From NCBI GenBank assembly GCA_027013245.1, contig JALUXT010000111.1, positions 1 through 50,418 of the forward strand: a stretch of DNA of 50,418 nt, in the 5' to 3' direction. Position 1 is the stretch's first letter; each line of letters starts with the position of its first letter. The DNA is from Campylobacteraceae bacterium. GTDB lineage: Bacteria; Campylobacterota; Campylobacteria; Campylobacterales; Sulfurospirillaceae. Of the stretch, positions 27,749-36,687 are shown piece by piece. The position numbers were made by a program, and so were the translations under genes. The notes beneath the pieces are model-generated. The model was not told the origin of the DNA and did no database searches. It saw only the letters and a list, made by a program, of their open reading frames with translations.

Positions 27749-30700
27749 TCAAACGACAACTTTTGTCATCTTTTTAATTATGACATGCGCATCTCTATTT
27801 ACAGCAACTGGACCCCAATAATTCATATGATATGTAAATTGTCCATATCCACCTGCTAATAAATTCGGTTTCAAACGAACACGAGTAATAGAGTTATTTC
27901 CGCCTGTTCTTTTACCTTTTCGCTCTTGCGAAATAGGGGCACCCAATGTTCGTTCAACTGTATGATAAACGATAGTAACACCTTTTGGAATTCTTGTACT
28001 AACAACTGCTCTAGTGGCATATACGCCATTATCATTGATAACTTCTACCCAATCATTATCTTGAATTCCCATCTCTTTTGCATCAGCTTCGCTAAGCCAA
28101 CAAGGTTCTTTACCGCGTGAAAGTGTAAGCATTCTAGGGTTATCCATATAAGTTGAATGTATGTGCCATTTTCCATGAGGAGTTAAACAGTTTAGAACTT
28201 TTGCATCTTTGTTGTTTTTCAAAGTTTCCCTTAAATCACCAAATACTTCTGGACTTGGAGATGGTTTGTATGTTGGTAATTGCTCACCGAAAGCCAAGTA
28301 TAAATCATGATCTAAATATGTATGTTGACGACCTGTTAATGTTCTCCATGGAATCATCTTTTCAACATTATAAGTAAATGCCGAGTAAGCTCTTCCTTTA
28401 TCCATGAGTCCTGACCACACAGGAGACATATTGTATCTTTTTGGAGATTCTTGTAAATTTTTATACTGATAATGTATATCTTCTTGACCAGCAGCAATAT
28501 CCGCAAGTTTTACTCCGGTTTTCTTTTCTGCATTTTTATAAGCTTGTACGGCTAACTTACCATTTGTTAAGCTAGAAAGATGTAAAACTGCGTTGATAGC
28601 TGATATATCTTTTTTCAAAGATGGATACTCAACGCCATCAATCTTTTCTGTAGGGAAGTGATTTGATTTAAGCATAATATCATATTCATCTGCAACATCC
28701 ATATGATTACCGTGTGCTCCTGTGCCATTTTCTCTAACACCTTTACCAAGCGTAATAAATTTATCATAAATCTTAGTATAGTCTCGCTCTGTTACAGAGA
28801 TTTTATGCATGGTTTTACCAGGAATCGCTTCACATTCACCTGTGTACCAATCTTTTATTGATGTTTGTGAAATCTCATCAGGAGTATCGTGCATTAAAGC
28901 AGTGGTATAAATATCTTTTTGAACACCTGGAAGATGTGTTTTTGCTAATTCACTTGTTCCCTTTGCGATATCGCTAAAGATATCCCAATCTGTTTTTGAC
29001 TCCCAACAAGGAGAAACTGCTTCGGATAATGGATGGATAAACGAGTGCATATCTGTAGAATTTATATCAGCTTTTTCATACCAAGAAGCAGAAGGTAAAA
29101 CTATATCTGAATATAGTGCTGAAGAGTCCATTCTAAAGTTAAGATCTACTACTAAATCCATCTTTCCAACTGGAGCCTTTTCATGCCATACAATCTCTTT
29201 TGTTTTAGCTTGATCTTGAGCAATGATACTGTCATCTGCGCCAAGATAATGTTTAAGACAATACTCTTGTCCTTTCATACTACCACCAATCGCATTTCCT
29301 CTCCAGATATACCAAACTCTTGGAAAGTTTTCTTCTGCATCAGGATCTTGGATAGAATACTCTAGTTTTTTATTTTTCAAGGAATCTAAAACATAAGCTG
29401 AGATATCATCATCATCTTTCGCACCGTTCTTAATCGCCTCTTTACTTAATTCTAGCGTATTAGTTTTAAATTGTGGATAGTGTGGCATCCAACCCATTCT
29501 AACAGATTTAAAAATATCGTCTGCCATATGATTTTTTGTTAGCTCATGGTCTGGTGTAGTATTGTATGCTGAAGTTAAGCCATCATATCTATATTGGTCT
29601 GTATTGATATAGTGCCAAAGTGGAGCTTGTTGCATTCTTGTTCCACCACCCCAGTCTTTACCTGTGCTGATAGTTCCCCAAGAATCAACCGGAGCTAATT
29701 TTTCTTGTCCAACATAGTGATTCATTCCACCACCATTTCTACCGATAGCTCCTACAAATATAAGCGCCATAGATGCAGCACGGTACATTAGGTTTTGATG
29801 GAACCATTGGTTTACCCCAGCACCTACGATAACCATACATTTGCCCTTAGTTATCTCTCCAGTATTGCCCCATTCTCTAGCAATATTGATGATTGTTTTT
29901 GAATCAACACCAGTAAATACTTCTTGCCAAGCAGGAGTGTATGCAGCATTTTTGTCGTCATAGTCTTTCGGATAAGCACCTTCTAAACCTCTACTTATAC
30001 CATACTGTGCCATCAATAGGTCAAATGTTGTACAAACTGCTACCTTTTCTCCGGAAGTAGTTGTTACATATTTAACAGGAACACCTCTTAAGGCCTTATT
30101 GTCTAAACCAAAATCATCAAATGCGGCTAATAATACATCTTCTTTTTCATCAATAATAGATAATTTAGGGTCATATTCTTTGTTATCAATAGAGTTTTCA
30201 AGTTTTGTATTCCACTTGCCTGTTTCTTTTTTATCCCATCTATGACCAGATGAACCTTTTGGAACTACGAAAGAGCCTGTTTTGTCATCAATTTGAATAA
30301 ATTTCCAGTCTCCATTTTCGATGTCTTTATACTCTTCGATTTCATTAGCTCTTAATAATTTGCCACCTCTATAAGCATCGCCATCTTTTTCTATCTTGAC
30401 TAAAAATGGAGTATCTGAATATTTTTTAAGATAATCTATAAAATATGGAACTTGCTTATCTATATAAAATTCTTTTAAAAGCACATGTGTGATTGCTTGC
30501 CAAAATGCACCATCACTTCCTGCATGAAGTGGTACCCATTGGTCTGCAAATTTACTTACTTGACTAAAGTCAGGTGAGCAGACTACTGTTTTTGTACCAT
30601 TATGTCTTGATTCTACAAAAAAGTGAGCATCAGGAGTTCTAGTCATATTGAGATTGGCTCCCATATCAACTACCATCTTGGCATTATACCAATCAGCACT

Positions 30701-31372
30701 TTCAGCAACATCTGTTTGTTCTCCCCAGATTTCTGGAAATGAAGGTGGTAAATCACAATACCAATCGTAAAAGCTTAAATTTACACCACCAAAAAGTTGT
30801 AAAAATCTAGAACCAGCAGCAAAACTAAGCATTGACATAGCAGGAATTGGTGAAAACCCTACAACACGATCTGGACCATATTTTTTAGCAGTATGAATAT
30901 TGGCAGCTGCCATAATCTCATGAGCTTCTTCCCAGCTAGCTCTTCTAAATCCGCCTTTTCCTCTGGCTTTTTGGTATCTCTTGCGTTTATCTTTATTTGC
31001 TTGAAGATTACTCCATGCAAGAACTGTATCACCATTTGCTTTTCTTTTTTCTTCTCTAAAAGCGTCAAGTAATGCACCCCTAATCAGAGGATATTTGATT
31101 CTTACTGGGCTATATAAATACCAAGAAAAAGATATACCACGCTGACAACCTCTAGGCTCATAAGGCGGAAGAGAACTCTCTAACAGTGGATAATCTAACT
31201 GCTGAGTTTCCCAAACAACGATACCATTTTTTACATGCACCTGCCAGGAACAACTACCTGTGCAGTTTACGCCGTGTGTGCTTCTAACAATTTTATCATG
31301 TTGAAATCTATTTCGATAAAACTCCTCCCATTTACGTGTTTTTGGATCTACTATATCTTTTATCCAACTCAT
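27749..31372 (-). CDS. narG: Respiratory nitrate reductase alpha subunit (Mo-bisPGD)
   Basis: RSTHGVNCTGSCSW; EPRGCQRG; SFYDWYCDLP; HYVGQEK; TPHGKWHIHSTY. No Tat signal peptide. Confidence 0.97.
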   Translation of the reverse strand: MSWIKDIVDPKTRKWEEFYRNRFQHDKIVRSTHGVNCTGSCSWQVHVKNGIVVWETQQLDYPLLESSLPPYEPRGCQRGISFSWYLYSPVRIKYPLIRGALLDAFREEKRKANGDTVLAWSNLQANKDKRKRYQKARGKGGFRRASWEEAHEIMAAANIHTAKKYGPDRVVGFSPIPAMSMLSFAAGSRFLQLFGGVNLSFYDWYCDLPPSFPEIWGEQTDVAESADWYNAKMVVDMGANLNMTRTPDAHFFVESRHNGTKTVVCSPDFSQVSKFADQWVPLHAGSDGAFWQAITHVLLKEFYIDKQVPYFIDYLKKYSDTPFLVKIEKDGDAYRGGKLLRANEIEEYKDIENGDWKFIQIDDKTGSFVVPKGSSGHRWDKKETGKWNTKLENSIDNKEYDPKLSIIDEKEDVLLAAFDDFGLDNKALRGVPVKYVTTTSGEKVAVCTTFDLLMAQYGISRGLEGAYPKDYDDKNAAYTPAWQEVFTGVDSKTIINIAREWGNTGEITKGKCMVIVGAGVNQWFHQNLMYRAASMALIFVGAIGRNGGGMNHYVGQEKLAPVDSWGTISTGKDWGGGTRMQQAPLWHYINTDQYRYDGLTSAYNTTPDHELTKNHMADDIFKSVRMGWMPHYPQFKTNTLELSKEAIKNGAKDDDDISAYVLDSLKNKKLEYSIQDPDAEENFPRVWYIWRGNAIGGSMKGQEYCLKHYLGADDSIIAQDQAKTKEIVWHEKAPVGKMDLVVDLNFRMDSSALYSDIVLPSASWYEKADINSTDMHSFIHPLSEAVSPCWESKTDWDIFSDIAKGTSELAKTHLPGVQKDIYTTALMHDTPDEISQTSIKDWYTGECEAIPGKTMHKISVTERDYTKIYDKFITLGKGVRENGTGAHGNHMDVADEYDIMLKSNHFPTEKIDGVEYPSLKKDISAINAVLHLSSLTNGKLAVQAYKNAEKKTGVKLADIAAGQEDIHYQYKNLQESPKRYNMSPVWSGLMDKGRAYSAFTYNVEKMIPWRTLTGRQHTYLDHDLYLAFGEQLPTYKPSPSPEVFGDLRETLKNNKDAKVLNCLTPHGKWHIHSTYMDNPRMLTLSRGKEPCWLSEADAKEMGIQDNDWVEVINDNGVYATRAVVSTRIPKGVTIVYHTVERTLGAPISQERKGKRTGGNNSITRVRLKPNLLAGGYGQFTYHMNYWGPVAVNRDAHVIIKKMTKVVV

Positions 31373-31884
31373 TTAACAGGCTCCTTCCAAGATGTTTTTA
31401 ATTGTCTATCATATAATTCTTGATTAACAGATAATTTTTTTCTATTTTTTCCTAATATTGATAGTATTAAAAATAGAATTATAGCACCAATAATACCACC
31501 TAAAATGAACTTTGTATAGTCATTTGATGCTTTAGTATTGTCTGCTGCAGCTTTATTGAAAAAAGCAACTAAATCGGCTTGTTCACTCGCAGTTAATGGC
31601 TTGCCTTTAAAGGCATCTTTCATTACAGGCGAAGATGCATTTTCAGGCTTTAATATTGTGTATTGTATGCCTGCGCCACCCATCTTTGTCAAGTCTATAG
31701 CCAATTTTCCACCACTTTTGACTAGCTCGTTATTGACATTATGGCACGATATGCAAGCAACAGCACCATTTTTGAAATGCTTTGTTCCTTGAAATAGCTT
31801 TGCGCCATCAATAGCATCAGCATTTAGACCAGTAATAAGTATAAAACTGGCAAATAATATTGAAACAATATAACCTTTTCCCAT
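31369..31884 (-). CDS. Membrane-anchored monoheme cytochrome c at the head of the nar operon (NarC-like)
   Basis: Signal peptide; CISCH; distal SPVM; C-terminal TM helix. ATGA overlap with narG; SD GAGGAGG. Confidence 0.88.
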   Translation of the reverse strand: MGKGYIVSILFASFILITGLNADAIDGAKLFQGTKHFKNGAVACISCHNVNNELVKSGGKLAIDLTKMGGAGIQYTILKPENASSPVMKDAFKGKPLTASEQADLVAFFNKAAADNTKASNDYTKFILGGIIGAIILFLILSILGKNRKKLSVNQELYDRQLKTSWKEPVK

Positions 31885-31908
31885 TGAAACCTCCTCTTGA
31901 AAATAAAT

Positions 31909-32099
31909 TAATAAATATATTAATCGATAGCGAGCATCAATATATTCTCCTAAATTAAAGTACTAACTGTAAACATATAAATAATAGATTTTTTACACAA
32001 TCTCTTGTATACTTAGAAGTGACAAGATTTTGCAAAAAGTCTAATATATTTATGAAATATCACAAGTTAGCACTTAGCCTATCGAGCAATATTTTATTA
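31909..32099 (-). other. ~190-nt degenerate inverted repeat in the predicted nar 5' leader
   Basis: Nested complementary blocks centred on 32015-32016; details in findings. Confidence 0.7.
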
Positions 32100-32131
32100 A
32101 AAAACACCACTCTTTGAACCTTTCTATGTGT

Positions 32132-32140
32132 ATTGTAGCA
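32132..32140 (-). promoter_or_regulatory. Extended -10 promoter of the nar operon
   Basis: TGCTACAAT on the minus strand; predicted TSS about 32125. Confidence 0.7.
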
Positions 32141-32159
32141 TTTAATTAACTACAAAAGA

Positions 32160-32173
32160 TTGATTTATATCAA
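32160..32173. promoter_or_regulatory. FNR/Crp-family binding site
   Basis: Perfect TTGAT-TTAT-ATCAA, centred at -41.5 from the predicted TSS. Confidence 0.85.
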
Positions 32174-32243
32174 GAGTATTTAGGGGGAAAATATGGAAAA
32201 AAAACATAAAGATAATATTTTAATTAGTATGTAAGGTTAGATG

Positions 32244-32912
32244 CTATTTTTTGCTTATTGCAAACTTTTGAGCTCTTAAAGTTATATCTGTTGTGACAAA
32301 AGGTGAGTTTATTATATGTAAAACTTCTTTTGCTATCTCTTTTGGGTCGATATAACTCTCTTTGTCATCTGTTGGTTCAAAGTTTAATTCATCAAAAAAA
32401 GCAGTTTTTGTGATATCTGGATTTATATTTGTAGCTCTAACACCTGATTTTCTTAACTCTTCAAAAAGACATAGTGAAAAATCTCTAAGTCCTCCTTTTG
32501 TAGCACTATAAAGGGCAGAAAATTTTGAGTGTCTAGTCGCTTCGATAGAAGATATATTTATGATTTTCCCTTTTGTTTTTTTTAAACTTCTTAAACAAAG
32601 ATTTGTCAATATTATTGGAACTTTTAAGTTTACATCTATAAGTTCAGTGATTTTTTTTGTAGATATCTCTTCATGAGGAGCAAAAATACCAAGTCCAGCA
32701 CAATTTACAAGTAAGTCCAAATCACTGTTTTTTAAAAACTCTTTTATTTTTCTTTCTAAAGTTTTAGTATCTTGCAAATCACACTCTATCTCACAATCAT
32801 GTCTGCCGATGCCATAAACTTTGTATTCATTGTGTAGCAACTCATCATAGATAGCTTTACCAATACCACTACTTGAGCCTGTGATGAGTGCTGTTTTATT
32901 ATTTGTTTTCAT
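32244..32912 (-). CDS. Short-chain dehydrogenase/reductase
   Basis: TGSSSGIG; NCAG; YSATK. Start placed at ATG 32912 (MKTNNK). Confidence 0.9.
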   Translation of the reverse strand: MKTNNKTALITGSSSGIGKAIYDELLHNEYKVYGIGRHDCEIECDLQDTKTLERKIKEFLKNSDLDLLVNCAGLGIFAPHEEISTKKITELIDVNLKVPIILTNLCLRSLKKTKGKIINISSIEATRHSKFSALYSATKGGLRDFSLCLFEELRKSGVRATNINPDITKTAFFDELNFEPTDDKESYIDPKEIAKEVLHIINSPFVTTDITLRAQKFAISKK

Positions 32913-32940
32913 ATCTATATTGTACAATATAGCGAGTTAA

Positions 32941-34794
32941 CTATGCCTTATATCTCTCTAACAAACTAGATAGATTTACACTCATTTGTGCCATGTGTTT
33001 AGAGGCATTTACTATCTCTTCTACACTCCTTGCATTGTCGCTTGAGAAGCGATGTATGTTTTCTATCTTTTTTAGTATTTTATTTGTTGCATCAGCATTT
33101 TTTATATAACCATTTATGATTTTTTCAATCTCATTTATAGAATTTTGCATTTGATCTACATTTTGATCTATGCCTTGTTCTACTTCATTTGCATTTAAGG
33201 CAAGGGTTGTTGCTTTTTTTGCATTTTTGTTTATTTGTTCGGTCGTGTCTGAAATTGATTGAATTATTATACTAATGCTTGCATTTATCTCTGTTAGGCT
33301 CTTTTGTGTCCGCTCAGCCAACTGTCTTACTTCATCTGCTACGACTGCAAAACCTCTTCCGTGTTCTCCCGCACGAGCTGCTTCTATGGCTGCATTTAGT
33401 GCTAGAAGATTTGTTTGGTCTGCTATATCATTGATGACAGTAAGCACATCTCTAACTTGTTCAGCATTAGAGTTTAATTGTTGTAGTTGCTCTGCCATAT
33501 CAGTTTCAGTATTAGAGTTTTCATTGACACCATTTGATAGTTTAGCTATTTTTTCTTTTGCACTCTCAAGGCTTTTCCCTGTTTGAATTATCTCGTTTTT
33601 TGTGTTTTTAGAACTCTCTATCGATACTTGCAGTACTTCTTGAAGCCCTTTACCTTCCTCTACAACCGTTTTTACTATACTTGATACCTTTTCTGCTTTT
33701 TCACCTATTTGTAGTGATATTTGAGATAAATCTTGGGCAATAGAGCTATTTTCTGTACTGCTTAGTTTTGCTTCTTTGACTGTTGTATGTACTTTTTTTA
33801 TAAATTCATTTATATATTTGCTAACTTTTGATATCTCATCGTTTCCATTTTCTGTGAGTCGTTGTGTCAAATCTCCTTCACCTCGAGCCAAATCTTTTGT
33901 AGTTTTTTCAAGATCCCCAAGAGATTTCATAATCGTCTTAGCAATAAAAAAGATGAATATCACTATAAACAATATCAGTACAGTTTGGACTATCCGAAGA
34001 AGAGTATCTAAAAATGATATTTTCTCATTTGTTATTTGAGCAAATTCTCTTGTAAACTTTGTCATGATAGTACTGCTTTTATGAACAGTAACTCTCATTT
34101 TACCCATAATGCCCTCTTTTTCATTTAACCCTTTTACTTGATACATTTTTACAAGATTTATAAAAGCCATCTTGTATGTTTTTACATTCTTTAGTAGCTC
34201 TGTATTATTTGGAATTGTCGTGATGTATTGAAATATATCGGTGAGTTGAGTATCGAATTCAGCTACATATTTCATATTTTTTCGTAGCATAAAGTCTTTT
34301 TCATGTCTTCTTAGCATTAAAATCTTTACATAGAGTTTGTCATCTTCAATCTTTTTTGCTACACCTTCTGCTTTGTGCACAGAAGTTCTTAGTGCACCAT
34401 ACAAGCCATCTTTTTCGTTTAAACCTATCTCCTTTTGAGTTTTTACTACCATCATAAAGTGAATTTTATAACTTTTTATTATATTATTAAAAGCTGTTAT
34501 ACTAGATGTCGGTAGAGACTTGCTTTTGAGAAAATTTTTCTCTTTTTTTATATCTTTTCGCAAAGATGACATGTTTTTTTGAAACTTTTTAACTTCATTG
34601 AGAGAGAGTCTAGCTAGGAAATCTTTTTCATTTTTTCGAAGTTTTTGCACCTTTGTTTGCATGGAAGCGAGATTTATCTCTGCATCTTTAAAACTTATCA
34701 ATTGGTTCTGTATGTAGGAAGTAAAAAACATACTAATCGAAAATGAAAGCAAGACTGCTACTATTGTTGTCATAAGTTTAGTTTTTATTGTCAT
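32941..34794 (-). CDS. Methyl-accepting chemotaxis protein
   Basis: Two TM helices; periplasmic helical sensor with repeated LR+xEKDF; HAMP (GDLT...DEI); [31 protein letters not shown]. Confidence 0.95.
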   Translation of the reverse strand: MTIKTKLMTTIVAVLLSFSISMFFTSYIQNQLISFKDAEINLASMQTKVQKLRKNEKDFLARLSLNEVKKFQKNMSSLRKDIKKEKNFLKSKSLPTSSITAFNNIIKSYKIHFMMVVKTQKEIGLNEKDGLYGALRTSVHKAEGVAKKIEDDKLYVKILMLRRHEKDFMLRKNMKYVAEFDTQLTDIFQYITTIPNNTELLKNVKTYKMAFINLVKMYQVKGLNEKEGIMGKMRVTVHKSSTIMTKFTREFAQITNEKISFLDTLLRIVQTVLILFIVIFIFFIAKTIMKSLGDLEKTTKDLARGEGDLTQRLTENGNDEISKVSKYINEFIKKVHTTVKEAKLSSTENSSIAQDLSQISLQIGEKAEKVSSIVKTVVEEGKGLQEVLQVSIESSKNTKNEIIQTGKSLESAKEKIAKLSNGVNENSNTETDMAEQLQQLNSNAEQVRDVLTVINDIADQTNLLALNAAIEAARAGEHGRGFAVVADEVRQLAERTQKSLTEINASISIIIQSISDTTEQINKNAKKATTLALNANEVEQGIDQNVDQMQNSINEIEKIINGYIKNADATNKILKKIENIHRFSSDNARSVEEIVNASKHMAQMSVNLSSLLERYKA

Positions 34795-34892
34795 GAAAAT
34801 CCTTTAAAAAGTTGGTATAACTTTTGAGTATTATACATCATTTTTTTTTTGTTACAGTTTTAATTTTTATTAAGGGTATTTGCAAATAAGTG

Positions 34893-36143
34893 TTACTTAT
34901 AGTAACAGATTTTTCTTCTATATGATTGAATCATATCTGTTTCCATCTCGTCATTATTTTCATACTCATATCCAAAGACTTTTTTCCAAAGACTATGGTC
35001 TTCCATACACATATAAAAATAGACCTTTTTATGCCAAGGCTTAAAAGCATCATAAGCATTTCTAAACATTTCAATTTTTGTCTCTAGTGGATAGGAAAAT
35101 TTTCCACTAGCATCTATGAGGGGCATTTGTAGGATTTTGCTTTTAAAATCTCTGTTTCTTATTTTTTTTATCACAGGCTTTATAAAAGTTAAAGTTCCAA
35201 ATGATACAAGTGCCACTTCGCTAGCATCAAACATATCGGTTATTTTTTCTATTGTAGCTTGATACTCATTTAGATATCCCTCGTAAACAACAATAGGATG
35301 AAAATGAAACCCAACAAGGACTCCTTTATCCGCCAAAGCTCTCGCACTCTCTAGCCTTTGCTCTAAAGTGGCACTTAAATGCTCCTCATTTTCTATGATG
35401 GTTGGAGTGTTTATCGACCAAGTGCATAGGATATTTTTTGGAACATCATTTTCTAGGAGATATTTTATATTGTTAGACTTACTTTTAAATTCAAGTATGG
35501 CATTTGGATTTTTTCTTGCAAAATCAAATAAAGCATCCATTATGCCAGTCTTATTTCCCCAAAGAAGCGAATCAGAGCTTTGCCCTGTTCCTATATGATA
35601 GTCCTTGTTGGGGTCAAGTACTAGATTTTTTAACTTTTTAGCAAAGTTATTGTCTATACCGATTCTGTTTTCATTATAAAAAGATTGGATAGAACAGTAT
35701 GAACAATCAAACCCACAACTCTCAACTGCATCAAGTGTCATAAGATTGCAACACCTTGTTTTTGGAGATGCCACGGGACATTTCCCAAGTCCCAACTCTT
35801 CTTTGTTGTTTTGGATGAAACTTATCTTTCTTGAGTGATTATATGGTGCAACTTTAGAAAATTTTGCGTAGCTTTTTGGATTGTTTTTTAACTCTTCGTA
35901 AATCTCTTTTATGTATGCAAATGTCTGTTTTTTATTTTCAAAATCTTTCCATATCTCATAAATTCTCTTTTCATTCCACATTTCAAAATCTACACTCATG
36001 TCGATTAGTTGCTTTAACTCTTGAAAAGAAAATCTAAAACACAGAGCTTTTTCTTTTATAAAATCTTGTGTTTTTGTGTCTAGTTTTAAAAAATATGTGT
36101 TTTTTATGTTTTTATCAAATTTTTCTTTTAAATCAAGCTTCAA
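34893..36143 (-). CDS. Spore photoproduct lyase-like radical SAM protein
   Basis: CGFDCSYC motif; GTGQSSDSL; LEFKSKS; WSIN; GFHFHP; YMCME. Confidence 0.82.
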   Translation of the reverse strand: MKLDLKEKFDKNIKNTYFLKLDTKTQDFIKEKALCFRFSFQELKQLIDMSVDFEMWNEKRIYEIWKDFENKKQTFAYIKEIYEELKNNPKSYAKFSKVAPYNHSRKISFIQNNKEELGLGKCPVASPKTRCCNLMTLDAVESCGFDCSYCSIQSFYNENRIGIDNNFAKKLKNLVLDPNKDYHIGTGQSSDSLLWGNKTGIMDALFDFARKNPNAILEFKSKSNNIKYLLENDVPKNILCTWSINTPTIIENEEHLSATLEQRLESARALADKGVLVGFHFHPIVVYEGYLNEYQATIEKITDMFDASEVALVSFGTLTFIKPVIKKIRNRDFKSKILQMPLIDASGKFSYPLETKIEMFRNAYDAFKPWHKKVYFYMCMEDHSLWKKVFGYEYENNDEMETDMIQSYRRKICYYK

Positions 36144-36660
36144 TGTATTTTTCCCAACTTTTTATGGTATTTTTTATTAAATTTTCTACAAATTCTTTGC
36201 TAGGTATAGTTTTATCCAAATAATCTGAAACTACCTTGAAAACAAATATATTTTCATCGTTTAGATATTGTTTGCTTACATGTAAGAAACTTTTTGACTC
36301 CATATCCACAAGCATAGAAGATAGTTGCTCTTTATCATACAAGGGCTCATCAACACAAGAAAGAGTGGCATAACACATATCTTCCAAGCGATGATTTGTG
36401 CAAAACAAAGAGCCTATAGCAACATCTTTATCTTTGCAACCAGCTATACCGACATTAATCGCCTGTTTTATATGATTAATCTCAAAAATATCCTCTATAT
36501 GTAAGGCTTTTTCGCTACCCATGCCACTAACCATAAGTAACATATCATTTTTATGATAAATCCTGTATGGTTTTGTTTGCAAACATTGCATTTTAAAGTG
36601 CTCTATGATAGGTTTTGCCTCACAAAAAAGTGCAGTGTGAATTAGAGTTTTTGGGTTCAT
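36133..36660 (-). CDS. Nucleoside phosphorylase/MTA nucleosidase-fold protein
   Basis: TALFCEA; VSGMG; INVGIAG; VDMES; KVVSD. Confidence 0.78.
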   Translation of the reverse strand: MNPKTLIHTALFCEAKPIIEHFKMQCLQTKPYRIYHKNDMLLMVSGMGSEKALHIEDIFEINHIKQAINVGIAGCKDKDVAIGSLFCTNHRLEDMCYATLSCVDEPLYDKEQLSSMLVDMESKSFLHVSKQYLNDENIFVFKVVSDYLDKTIPSKEFVENLIKNTIKSWEKYIEA

Positions 36661-36687
36661 GGTGCTAAACTTTAAGCATACCTTAAC

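Noticed and set aside
27749-31372. Nitrite oxidoreductase or perchlorate reductase instead of Nar
   Set aside because: No Tat signal, and narJ, narI and two narK genes are adjacent. Nar is the simplest call, though a phylogeny was not run.
20553-32243. nar cluster as an active genomic island
   Set aside because: No integrase, transposase, tRNA or flanking direct repeat seen at the boundaries.
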